Part shown: piece by piece, positions 1 through 7,663 of the stretch
Layout: every line of letters begins with the position of its first letter
Position numbering within the stretch: the first letter of the stretch is position 1
Assembly: GCA_034430115.1 (NCBI GenBank)
Contig: DAOUFG010000078.1
Span: 10,606-74,605 of the forward strand
Source: Thermoflexales bacterium
Lineage (GTDB): Bacteria > Chloroflexota > Anaerolineae > J036 > Brachytrichaceae
Reading direction: 5' to 3'
Length of the DNA: 64,000 bases
Notes under the pieces: model-generated
Seen by the model: only the letters and a program-made list of their open reading frames with translations
The model's database searches: none
What the model was told of the DNA's origin: nothing
Translations under genes and position numbers: made by a program

Positions 1-33
1 GACCTGCTGAACTGCCCGGCGCTGGCTGCCGGC

Positions 34-1341
34 TTGGAAGCCGCGCTGCCGATGCTGGTGCAACTGGCCGACGCCTCCGACCCGCAGCGCCCGCACCAGA
101 CCTTTTTGCATCAGGCCGTCTCGCGCCTGGGCGAGCTGGAGCTATACGTCGATTGCATCCGCCAGTTGCGCGCGCTATTCGGCAGCGTGGAAGGGCGATT
201 TCACTCCGCTGGGCTGCGCCAACTACACCAGATGCTGGTCGCCCGCGAGGCGGACCCGGCCTTCCAATCACTCGCCGCCGAGTTACCTGCGCTCAGCGAA
301 AAGATGCGCAACGTGCGCAGTATCTCGGTAGGCATCAACCTCAGCCCGCAGTTGCAGCCGGTGGCGGCCACGCTGCTGTCGATCAGTTCGGAGCGTTACA
401 GGGGCGCGTCAAAGTCGTTGCTGGGCAAATTGTTGGGCACCCCCGCCAAGGATGAGGCCGACGAATACCAGGGCCTGGCCGAAATTCACAGCCTCCCGCT
501 CACTTCCAGCCTGCCGCATGGCAGCCTGGACGGTTCGGGGGAATATGTGAACCCCATGCTGGTGCCGCTCTTCCGCGACCTGAACGACATCTTGCAATCG
601 GTGGCCAGGCCGGTGGTGAAGGCGCTGGGGCGCTATATCAAGCTGAACGGGCAATTCGTCATCGCGCTGGAGGGGGAAATCGCGTTCTACCTGGGCGCGT
701 GCCGGCTGATCCAGCGCGTGCGCGCCGCCGGCTTGCCGCTGTGCCGTCCCGAGGTGCTCGGCATGCAGGCGCGCGTCTGTGAGGTGCAGGACACCTATAA
801 CCTGAACTTCGCGCTACGGCTGATGGAACGCCAGCCCGGCGCGGACCTGAGCGGGCAGGTGGTGACCAACGACGTCGCCTTCAACGACGCAGGGCGCATC
901 TTCATCCTCACCGGCCCCAACCAGGGCGGCAAGACCACCTACACCCAGGCCGTTGGGCTGATACAGGTGTTGTGTCAGGCGGGGCTTTACGTGCCGGGCA
1001 CCCATGCGCGCATCAGCCCAGTGGACGGCATCTACACGCACTTTCCGGTGGAGGAACGCCCCAGCCTGGAGGCGGGCCGGCTGGGCGAAGAGGCCAAACG
1101 GCTGAGCGACATCTTCGCGCAGGCCACCCGGAATAGCCTGGTGCTATTGAACGAATCATTAGCCAGCACCAGCCCCGGCGAAGGACTATACCTGGCGCGC
1201 GACGTGTTGCGTGCGCTCAAGCTGTTGGGGGCGCGCGTGATCTTCGCCACGCACCTGCACGAGCTGGCCGGGGGATTGCAAGCTGGTCAGCCTGGTGGCG
1301 TGCGCCGCCCCAGGCGACGACGCAGCCCGCCGCACCTATAA
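34..1341 (+). CDS. MutS-family ATPase (domain V), 5'-partial at window edge. The reading frame breaks near 1270-1285 and the conserved C-terminus continues in the +1 frame to 1458
   Basis: Walker A FILTGPNQGGKTTYTQ and THLHEL motif typical of the MutS ABC ATPase. The downstream +1 frame encodes CKLVSLVACAAPGDDAARRTYKIVPGPSMGQSYAKDIAARFGI, which matches the MutS C-terminal segment. Confidence 0.7.
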   Translation: MEAALPMLVQLADASDPQRPHQTFLHQAVSRLGELELYVDCIRQLRALFGSVEGRFHSAGLRQLHQMLVAREADPAFQSLAAELPALSEKMRNVRSISVGINLSPQLQPVAATLLSISSERYRGASKSLLGKLLGTPAKDEADEYQGLAEIHSLPLTSSLPHGSLDGSGEYVNPMLVPLFRDLNDILQSVARPVVKALGRYIKLNGQFVIALEGEIAFYLGACRLIQRVRAAGLPLCRPEVLGMQARVCEVQDTYNLNFALRLMERQPGADLSGQVVTNDVAFNDAGRIFILTGPNQGGKTTYTQAVGLIQVLCQAGLYVPGTHARISPVDGIYTHFPVEERPSLEAGRLGEEAKRLSDIFAQATRNSLVLLNESLASTSPGEGLYLARDVLRALKLLGARVIFATHLHELAGGLQAGQPGGVRRPRRRRSPPHL

Positions 1342-1458
1342 AATCGTGCCCGGCCCGTCGATGGGCCAGAGCTACGCCAAAGACATCGCGGCGCGCTTCG
1401 GCATCAGCTTCGAGCAACTGGCGCGCACCCTGCGCGAGCGCAAGGAGATCGAGGGGTG
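1262..1458 (+). pseudogene. Frame-shifted 3' segment of the MutS-family gene (frame 2, open 1241-1458)
   Basis: Frame 2 has no start codon yet encodes the conserved MutS C-terminus (YKIVPG...SYAKDIAARFGI). A G-run at about 1268-1274 is the likely indel site. Confidence 0.55.
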
Positions 1459-1578
1459 AACAGCAGAGAAGCGAAGAAGCAGAGAAGCAAAGGAACACAG
1501 GACCAAAGATAAATATGATCTCTGCGTCCTCCGCGCCTCAGCGGTAAACTCCTATTTCTTAATCTCTGTGGTGAGTCA
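1455..1578. repeat. Inverted copy of the 140-190-bp repeat family that flanks the GNAT gene (units gcagagaagc...caaagg and aatctctgtggtgag)
   Basis: The reverse complement matches cctttgcttctctgcttcttcgc and ctcaccacagag blocks seen at 6075-6265 and 7062-7196. Confidence 0.55.
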
Positions 1579-1606
1579 TCTAGCCCGCCCGCTCACGTTT
1601 CAATCT

Positions 1607-3106
1607 CTACTCTCCAATCTCTTCTTTTGCCCTCTGCGCCAGCACCTTCGCCCGCGCCGGCGCATCCCCGACATAGACGCTGGCGTCCAGCAAGGCGCGC
1701 GCGGTGGCGGCATCCACGTAGCGCGTCACCTGCGGGTCGGCACACAGCGAATCGATCAGCGGGTTCGGCTCGCCCGCGCTGACTCTGGCCCACGCTCGCA
1801 GGCTGTGCTGGCGGATCAACTCGTGCATCTGTTGCCGGTCGGCCCCGGCCTTCACGGAGACCATCAGCAACCGCTCGGTTGCGGCGAAGGGGCCATAGAC
1901 GCGCATGTTATGTGCCACCTGTGCCTCGTTTACGCGCAAGCCCTTCACCAGGCGCGTCGCCACGCGGATGATCTCATCGGCGCTGAGGAAAGCCTCGGCC
2001 AGCACCACGCGCCGGTTGGCCGAGTCGTCCAGCGTGCGCTCCAGCAGCGAGTGCGCCGCGTTGTCCCACATCACGCGCGGCAGGCCGGCCATGAAACGCG
2101 CCAGCGAATCGATCTTCTCGGCGTTGATCGGGTTGCGCTTGAACGGCATGGCCGACGAACCCACCTGTTTAGCGCCGAAGGGTTCGGCCCACTCGCCGAT
2201 GGGCGGCGACTGCAAAATGCGCAGGTCGAAGGCGAACTTATACAGCGACTGTGCGATGCCGGCCAGCACGTTCACCGCCAGCCAGTCCTGCTTGCGCGTA
2301 TATGTCTGCGTCGCCGCCGTGAACGCCTCCAGCCCCAGCTTTGCCAACACGCGCTCCTCTAAACTCTTATCCACGAATTGGCGCGAATCATCACCAATAG
2401 ATTCGCTTCCATTCGTGGAGATTCGTGGATGCCCTAATTCCATGTACGACGCGCTGGTGCCGACGGCGCCCTTCAGCCCTTTGCCTTTGATGCCGCCCAG
2501 GCAACTGAGCAGGGCGTCCAGGTCCATCAGCAAATCCTGCAAATACTGCGCCAGCCGATAGCCCAGCGTAGTCGGCTCGGCCGGTTGCAGGTGCGTGAAG
2601 GCCATCGTGGGCAGGTCGGCATACTGCGCCACCTTCTCGGCCAGTTCGCCGATCAGCCCGCGCAACGACGTGTGGATCAGCGCCAGCGCGTCGCGCAAGC
2701 GCAAGGCGTCGGCGTTGTCCTCGATGTCCATCGAGGTCGCGCCCAGGTGAATGACGCCGCCGCCTACCGGGCACTGCTCGGCATAGGCGCGCACCTCGGC
2801 CATCAGGTCGTGCTGGATGTCGCGTTCGATCTCCAGCGCCCGCGCGATGCTCGCCTCGGTCACGTCTTCGGCGTGCGCCCGCAGGTCGGCCAGTTGTTCG
2901 GCGCTGACGATGCCCATTTCGTGCTCGGCCTCGGCCAGCGCCACCCACACCCGCCGCCACAGCAGCCGCTTATTGCGCTCGCTCCAAATCGCGCGCATCG
3001 CCTCACTGCCATAGCGGGTGGTGAATGGAGATTGGTAATTAGAGATAGCAGATTGGAGATTAGAGATTGAGTTCACAGATATTCCCTTTACAACTTCCAT
3101 TTTCAT
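1607..3106 (-). CDS. purB: Adenylosuccinate lyase. The start is uncertain because the ORF track extends to 3178 through an AT-rich repeat.
   Basis: Fumarate-lyase family signature GSSAMPFKRNP and MAFTHLQPAEPTTLGY. The N-terminus YQSPFTTRYGS aligns with the PurB start. Candidate starts are ATG at 3106 or GTG at about 3082 preceded by aaggga. Confidence 0.9.
   Translation of the reverse strand: MKMEVVKGISVNSISNLQSAISNYQSPFTTRYGSEAMRAIWSERNKRLLWRRVWVALAEAEHEMGIVSAEQLADLRAHAEDVTEASIARALEIERDIQHDLMAEVRAYAEQCPVGGGVIHLGATSMDIEDNADALRLRDALALIHTSLRGLIGELAEKVAQYADLPTMAFTHLQPAEPTTLGYRLAQYLQDLLMDLDALLSCLGGIKGKGLKGAVGTSASYMELGHPRISTNGSESIGDDSRQFVDKSLEERVLAKLGLEAFTAATQTYTRKQDWLAVNVLAGIAQSLYKFAFDLRILQSPPIGEWAEPFGAKQVGSSAMPFKRNPINAEKIDSLARFMAGLPRVMWDNAAHSLLERTLDDSANRRVVLAEAFLSADEIIRVATRLVKGLRVNEAQVAHNMRVYGPFAATERLLMVSVKAGADRQQMHELIRQHSLRAWARVSAGEPNPLIDSLCADPQVTRYVDAATARALLDASVYVGDAPARAKVLAQRAKEEIGE
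3026..3072. repeat. GATTGGAGAT-type repeat cluster (ggagattggtaattagagatagcagattggagattagagattgag) overlapping the predicted 5' end of purB
   Basis: Direct reading. The AT-rich codons (tct aat ctc caa tct) contrast with the GC-rich body of purB. Confidence 0.6.
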
Positions 3107-3191
3107 GGGAAGCACACGGCCATAGAAATGGGGCCCGCGAATCGGGCTTTCCCAAGCCTGCCGTCGGTTTTGAGCCAATAGCGCCCGATCA

Positions 3192-4121
3192 TTAAATCAC
3201 GCGCGATGCGCCGGCGGCCCTCAACGCTTCGCGCAGCGGGCCGGCGCTCACTTCGTCGCGCGCCAGAGCAATCATATTCCCACCTCGCCCGCCGCCCGAA
3301 AGCTTTGCGCCCAGCGCGCCCGCCTGGCGCGCCGCCTGGCACAGGGCATCCAGCTCGCGGCACGACACGTCCATGCGCTGCAACAGGGCGTGATTCGCGT
3401 CCATCAATCGGCCCAGGCAGGGCCAATCGGCGGTTTGCAGTGCCTGGCGCGCGTCCGTCACCACCGCGGCGATCTGGTCGAATAAGGCCTCGTAACGTTG
3501 CGGGTCGGCCTCCCAACCCGCGCGCACGTCGCCCACGGGGATGCGCGTGGGCGTGGCGATGCCCGTATCGGCCACCACCAGCACCGGCGCGTGAGGGATG
3601 TTCATCGGCGTCGCGACCGAGGCCGCGCCATGCTGGCCGCGCACGAACCACACCGGCTGTTCGTGCGCCACCACCGTGTTGTCGATCCCGCTGGGCGAGC
3701 CGTGATAGATCTTCTCGGCCTCGAACGCCAGGTGGCTGGCTTCGTCGGGCGTGAGTTCGCGCCCGGCGTAGGCTGCCACAGCGCACGCGCAGGCCACCGC
3801 CACCGACGCGCTGCTGCCCAAGTGCGACGACGCCGGGATGTCGGAAGTGATGGTGAGCGTGCCGCCCAACACCGGCTGTTGCGCAAATTCGAACGCCAGC
3901 CGCGCTAGCACCGAAAGCGGACGGGTGGCATCGGACGCCAGGTCAAACTCGGCGTGAATATCCGGCGCGCAAATATGAAAAGGCCGATCCTCCGGCACGA
4001 CGGTGGCACGCGAACGCAAATGCCTTAGCGGCAGCGCGATGGCCGGGCGGCCATACACCACCGCGTGTTCGCCACACAAGATGACCTTCGCACAGGCGGA
4101 ACGGGTAACGATGACCTTCAT
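3192..4121 (-). CDS. GHMP kinase, probably mevalonate kinase
   Basis: N-terminal KVILCGEHAVVYG motif (mevalonate kinase), GHMP motif HLGSSASVAVA, C-terminal KLSGGGRGG. The start MKVIVTRSA is at 4121. Confidence 0.6.
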   Translation of the reverse strand: MKVIVTRSACAKVILCGEHAVVYGRPAIALPLRHLRSRATVVPEDRPFHICAPDIHAEFDLASDATRPLSVLARLAFEFAQQPVLGGTLTITSDIPASSHLGSSASVAVACACAVAAYAGRELTPDEASHLAFEAEKIYHGSPSGIDNTVVAHEQPVWFVRGQHGAASVATPMNIPHAPVLVVADTGIATPTRIPVGDVRAGWEADPQRYEALFDQIAAVVTDARQALQTADWPCLGRLMDANHALLQRMDVSCRELDALCQAARQAGALGAKLSGGGRGGNMIALARDEVSAGPLREALRAAGASRVI

Positions 4122-4136
4122 AGGCGCGACACTCCA

Positions 4137-4222
4137 CATGAAACATGAAACGTAAGCGCTGGGCTGATGGGTCCGTCATGATGCTCAGCGTGCGGCTGGT
4201 CATGCTTCTTTCACGTTTCATC
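4137..4222. repeat. TGAAACG-heptamer palindromic element, copy 1 (catgaaacatgaaacgtaag ... ctttcacgtttcatc)
   Basis: Tandem heptamers on the left arm, their reverse complement on the right arm, about 50-nt spacer. It fills the whole UbiA-stop to kinase-start gap. Confidence 0.65.
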
Positions 4223-5145
4223 TACGATTGCGGCAATAGGTACAACACGACTACCGCCGAAAGCGCCCATAACGCGATGGCGATTTGCATGGGCCGATCG
4301 GTGAGCAACAGTTCGTCGGGCGCGCCGCCCTCGCCTTTCACATGCACCAGGTATAGGTAACGGAACACGCCGTACATGACGAACGGGATCGTCAACATCA
4401 TGGTGTGGTTCGCCGGCAGTTGCGGCGCGGAGAAGGTGTAGAAGGAATAGGCGGCCAGGATCGCAGCCGTGACGATGGAGATGATCTGATCCAGCAGCGG
4501 CACCGTGTATTCATTCAATATTGCGCGCGTGCTGGCATTGCCGTTCAGTTCCACCAGTTCCTGGCGGCGCTTGCCAAAGCCCAATAGCAGCGCCAGCAAC
4601 AACATGCACACATACATCCACGGCGAAAAACGGATCGCCTCGGCCAGCACGGCCCCGGCGCCCACGCGCAACACGAACCCCAGCGCCAGCACCAGCACGT
4701 CCACGATCACCACGTGCTTCAGCACGAACGTGTAGAGCACTGTGGAGACGAAGTAGAGTAGCCCAATGATGGCAAAGCCGGGGTGAATCAGGTATGCCAC
4801 CACCAGCGACCCCACGGCCAGCACCGTCGCCCAGGTCACCGCCAGCGCCGGCGAAACGACGCCGCGCGCAATCGGGCGGTTACGCTTGGTGGGGTGCAGC
4901 CGGTCCGCCGGGGCATCGACCACGTCGTTGATCAGATACACCGCGCTGGAGAGGAAGCAAAACACGATAAAGCCGATGATCGAAGGCAGCAGGTACCTTT
5001 CCTGGAACAACTTGCCATCGAACACCACTGCTGCAAACACAAACCCGTTTTTCGTCCACTGCTTGGGGCGCATGGAACGGAACAGGCCGCGCACGACATT
5101 GATGAAACTGGACGGCTGCGCGCCCGTCCCCTTGTCAACACCCAT
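4222..5145 (-). CDS. UbiA-family prenyltransferase, decaprenyl-phosphate phosphoribosyltransferase-like
   Basis: NDVVDAPADRLHPTKRNRPIARGVV (UbiA NDxxDxxxD plus RP motif) and N-terminal RPKQWTKNGFVFAAVVF as in DPPR synthases. The protein is polytopic and hydrophobic. Confidence 0.65.
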   Translation of the reverse strand: MGVDKGTGAQPSSFINVVRGLFRSMRPKQWTKNGFVFAAVVFDGKLFQERYLLPSIIGFIVFCFLSSAVYLINDVVDAPADRLHPTKRNRPIARGVVSPALAVTWATVLAVGSLVVAYLIHPGFAIIGLLYFVSTVLYTFVLKHVVIVDVLVLALGFVLRVGAGAVLAEAIRFSPWMYVCMLLLALLLGFGKRRQELVELNGNASTRAILNEYTVPLLDQIISIVTAAILAAYSFYTFSAPQLPANHTMMLTIPFVMYGVFRYLYLVHVKGEGGAPDELLLTDRPMQIAIALWALSAVVVLYLLPQS

Positions 5146-5180
5146 AAAGCAATGATAAATGATTTATAAGGACGGGTAAC

Positions 5181-5240
5181 ACATGAAACGTGAAGATTGA
5201 AATATGAACGATCACTCTCTCATGTTTCATTCTTCACACG
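5181..5240. repeat. TGAAACG-heptamer palindromic element, copy 2 (four tandem TGAAnnn heptamers, then inverted partner)
   Basis: acacatgaaacgtgaagattgaaatatgaacga ... tcatgtttcattcttcacacg, between divergent ubiA-like and fhaA-like genes. Confidence 0.6.
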
Positions 5241-5294
5241 CCAATCATCGTCGATCAACCATCGTCAATAGTACAATCCCGCCAGGCAAAACAG

Positions 5295-6092
5295 ATGGAT
5301 AGATTTGAAGACCTGGCACAACGGCTGATCGAAAATTCGCTTGCGCGCATCCTGCACGAACGCCTCCAACCCGAAGAAGTGTTGCAGGCGATTGTGCATG
5401 CCATCGAAGACGCCCACACATTGGGCCCCAACAACGAGCCAATTGCGCCGAATCATTTCTGGGTCACCTTGAGCGAGCAGGACCTGGCCCCGCTGGAATA
5501 TCACCAGCCCGACCTGGCCGACCAACTGGCCGAAAGCGTGCGCCAGATGATCGTGCAGATGGGCCTGCGCATGGATATGCCGCCGCGCGTCTTGCTGCAG
5601 GGCGTGATCGACGTGCCCCCGCATCATCTGCGCGTCACAGCGCGCTGGATTCCGCCCGACCTGCCCGTCACCGCGACGACCCAACACCCCGCCCAGCCGG
5701 AGCACGAAGTGACGCTGCCGCGCCGGCCTTTCTTGATCGTGGATGGCCGCCGGCAGATTGCGCTGTCGAGCGAGCTGGTGCGCATCGGGCGCTCACGCGA
5801 AAATGACGTGGTGGTGGATGACCGGCGGGTCTCGCGGCATCATGCCGAGTTGCGCTGGCAGACGGAGGCGCAAAAGTTCCTCTACCTGGACATGGACTCC
5901 ACCGGCGGCACCAAGCTGAACGGCTACCCAATCCAGCAGTGCACGCTGGAGGCCGGGGACATCCTATCGCTGGGCGGCGTGGAGATCATCTACGGCGAGG
6001 AATTCCAGTTGCAGTCCACGCGCGCCAACGCGCCCATCGACGCCGATACCGACACAAGCACGCCGGCCGGTAATTCACCGCAGAGTCGCTGA
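5295..6092 (+). CDS. FhaA-like protein: DUF3662-type N-terminal domain plus C-terminal FHA domain
   Basis: N-terminus MDRFEDLAQRLIENSLARIL resembles the FhaA N-domain. C-terminus GRSRENDVVVDDRRVSRHHAEL...DSTGGTKLNG is a canonical FHA motif. Confidence 0.6.
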   Translation: MDRFEDLAQRLIENSLARILHERLQPEEVLQAIVHAIEDAHTLGPNNEPIAPNHFWVTLSEQDLAPLEYHQPDLADQLAESVRQMIVQMGLRMDMPPRVLLQGVIDVPPHHLRVTARWIPPDLPVTATTQHPAQPEHEVTLPRRPFLIVDGRRQIALSSELVRIGRSRENDVVVDDRRVSRHHAELRWQTEAQKFLYLDMDSTGGTKLNGYPIQQCTLEAGDILSLGGVEIIYGEEFQLQSTRANAPIDADTDTSTPAGNSPQSR

Positions 6093-6265
6093 GAACTTTG
6101 TCTCACCACAGAGTCACGGAAAGCACAGAGGATTCTATGTCTTGATTCTCTTGGCGGTTTATTCATTCGCACCGCAGAGTCGCCGGGGACGCAGAGAATT
6201 CACTTTATATCCTTTGCTTCTCTGCTTCTTTGCTCCTTCGCGGTTTGCTATGGTGATGAGGTTGC
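6075..6265 (+). repeat. Upstream copy of the GNAT-flanking direct repeat (tctcaccacagag...atgtcttgattctcttggcggtt ... ctttgcttctctgcttctttgc)
   Basis: 23-nt and 22-nt near-identical blocks are shared with 7062-7196. Confidence 0.7.
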
Positions 6266-6284
6266 CCGGCATAGGAGGGACTCA

Positions 6285-7061
6285 ATGAATGCTGTTCATC
6301 CGGCACGCTATTACTTGGACTGCATCGACAAAGGAATTTGCCTTTACTGGCGTTCACTGGGCAAAGCCCGCAACATGGAAATTCACGCCGGCGACATCGA
6401 ATACGTCCTCTCCACCCCGCGCGGCGGCCCGGAACGGATTTATAGGGTGAGCCTGGCGCCGGAAACGGCGGAACAACGCATCGCAGAAATCGGCGCGGGC
6501 ATTCGAGCCGGCAGCTTGCCCAACGGCATGCTCATCACGCCTGCCAGCACCCCCGAAAACCTGGTTGCTTTGCTGGTCAGGCACGGTTTCAGCATCGACA
6601 CAGCCGACCCCTGCATGGCCTTGGACCTGTGCAATCTTCGGAAGCCTTCCCCCACCGATGAAGCAATCCAGGTATTCACCCTGACGGACGACACCCGCTT
6701 GAGGCAGTGGGCCGATATTCTGAATGTGGCCTTATGCGGGTCGGAGATCATGCGCTACGAACAGTTGCATGATCTCTACGATCTCAACTATGCCACATTC
6801 TTTATGGCCCTCTATGAAGATGTGCCGGCTGCGGTGTCGATGACGCTCCGCGAAGGTGACACGGCCACGCTGGAGTTCGTCGCGACGCTCAAGGAACAGC
6901 GCCATAAGGGGCTCGGACGTGCCGTGGTAGGCGCTGCACTACGGCACCTGCGCGACGCGGGAATCGTGACCGTCACGCTGCGCGCCGAGCAGGATGGCAT
7001 TCGTCTCTACCAGCACATGGGGTTCATGGAAATCTGCAAGCGGACGGTGGCATATCTCTGA
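6285..7061 (+). CDS. GNAT-family N-acetyltransferase with N-terminal extension
   Basis: C-terminal acetyl-CoA binding motif QRHKGLGRAVVGAAL. SD aggaggg lies upstream of the ATG. Confidence 0.6.
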   Translation: MNAVHPARYYLDCIDKGICLYWRSLGKARNMEIHAGDIEYVLSTPRGGPERIYRVSLAPETAEQRIAEIGAGIRAGSLPNGMLITPASTPENLVALLVRHGFSIDTADPCMALDLCNLRKPSPTDEAIQVFTLTDDTRLRQWADILNVALCGSEIMRYEQLHDLYDLNYATFFMALYEDVPAAVSMTLREGDTATLEFVATLKEQRHKGLGRAVVGAALRHLRDAGIVTVTLRAEQDGIRLYQHMGFMEICKRTVAYL

Positions 7062-7196
7062 TCTCACCACAGAGAGCACGGAGAACGCCATGTCTTGATT
7101 CTCTTGGCGGTTAGGTCAGATTCACACAAAGAAACGAAGCAACAAAGACCACAAAGACTTCCCATTCTTTGCTGCTCTGCTTCTTTGCGGTTTAAC
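7062..7196 (+). repeat. Downstream copy of the GNAT-flanking direct repeat
   Basis: tctcaccacagagagcacgg...atgtcttgattctcttggcggtt ... ctttgctgctctgcttctttgcggttt. It abuts the acpS stop. Confidence 0.7.
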
Positions 7197-7570
7197 TACA
7201 TCGCGACGACGAACGCCACGGCATACTCCCGCTCGTGGGTCAGCGAGATGGACCACTCCTTCAGGCCCAACTCCTCCGCCCGGCGTGCCGCGCCACCATA
7301 CAGACGCACCAGCGGCTTGCCGCGCAGGTCGCCAATGACTTCGGCCTCGTGCCACAGGATGCCGTCGCGCGCCAGGATGCGCATTCCCACCCCCAGCGCT
7401 TTGCCCACCGCCTCCTTGGCGGCAAACCGCACGGCCAGTTCCGGCACGCGTTCGCGGCAATACAGGCGCTCCATCGGCGTGTACACCCGCTCCAGGAAGC
7501 GATCACCAAACTCGTGGATCGCCCGCTCCACGCGCGGGACGTAGATAATGTCAACACCAGTCGTTAGCAT
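7196..7570 (-). CDS. acpS: Holo-[acyl-carrier-protein] synthase (4'-phosphopantetheinyl transferase)
   Basis: GVDIIYVPRVE, FAAKEAVGKALGVG and WSISLTHEREYAVAFVV are characteristic of AcpS. ATG at 7570; the ORF-track extension to 7660 runs through a repeat. Confidence 0.8.
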   Translation of the reverse strand: MLTTGVDIIYVPRVERAIHEFGDRFLERVYTPMERLYCRERVPELAVRFAAKEAVGKALGVGMRILARDGILWHEAEVIGDLRGKPLVRLYGGAARRAEELGLKEWSISLTHEREYAVAFVVAM

Positions 7571-7663
7571 GATATTTACGATTTTGGATTGACGATTGCC
7601 GATTAACGCCTGCCATTGAAGAGAAGGGCAAATCGTCAATCCGCAATCTACAATCGTCAATCC
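7571..7663. repeat. GATTG-type palindromic element (ggattgacgattg ... caatcgtcaatcc twice)
   Basis: Perfect 13-nt inverted repeat with the right arm duplicated, between the M16 peptidase stop and the acpS start. Confidence 0.6.

Noticed and set aside
1568-3070. Long ORFs on the strand opposite purB (1568-2362 +, 1905-2561 +, 2585-3070 +, 2391-2960 -)
   Set aside because: They overlap a well-supported purB gene, have Arg/Ala/Gly-rich low-complexity translations, and are the expected stop-codon-poor antisense frames of a GC-rich genome.
3103-3908. ORFs 3103-3786 -, 3206-3754 +, 3498-3908 + overlapping the GHMP kinase
   Set aside because: Arg/Pro-rich antisense or alternate-frame artefacts with no motifs; the kinase frame has clear GHMP signatures.
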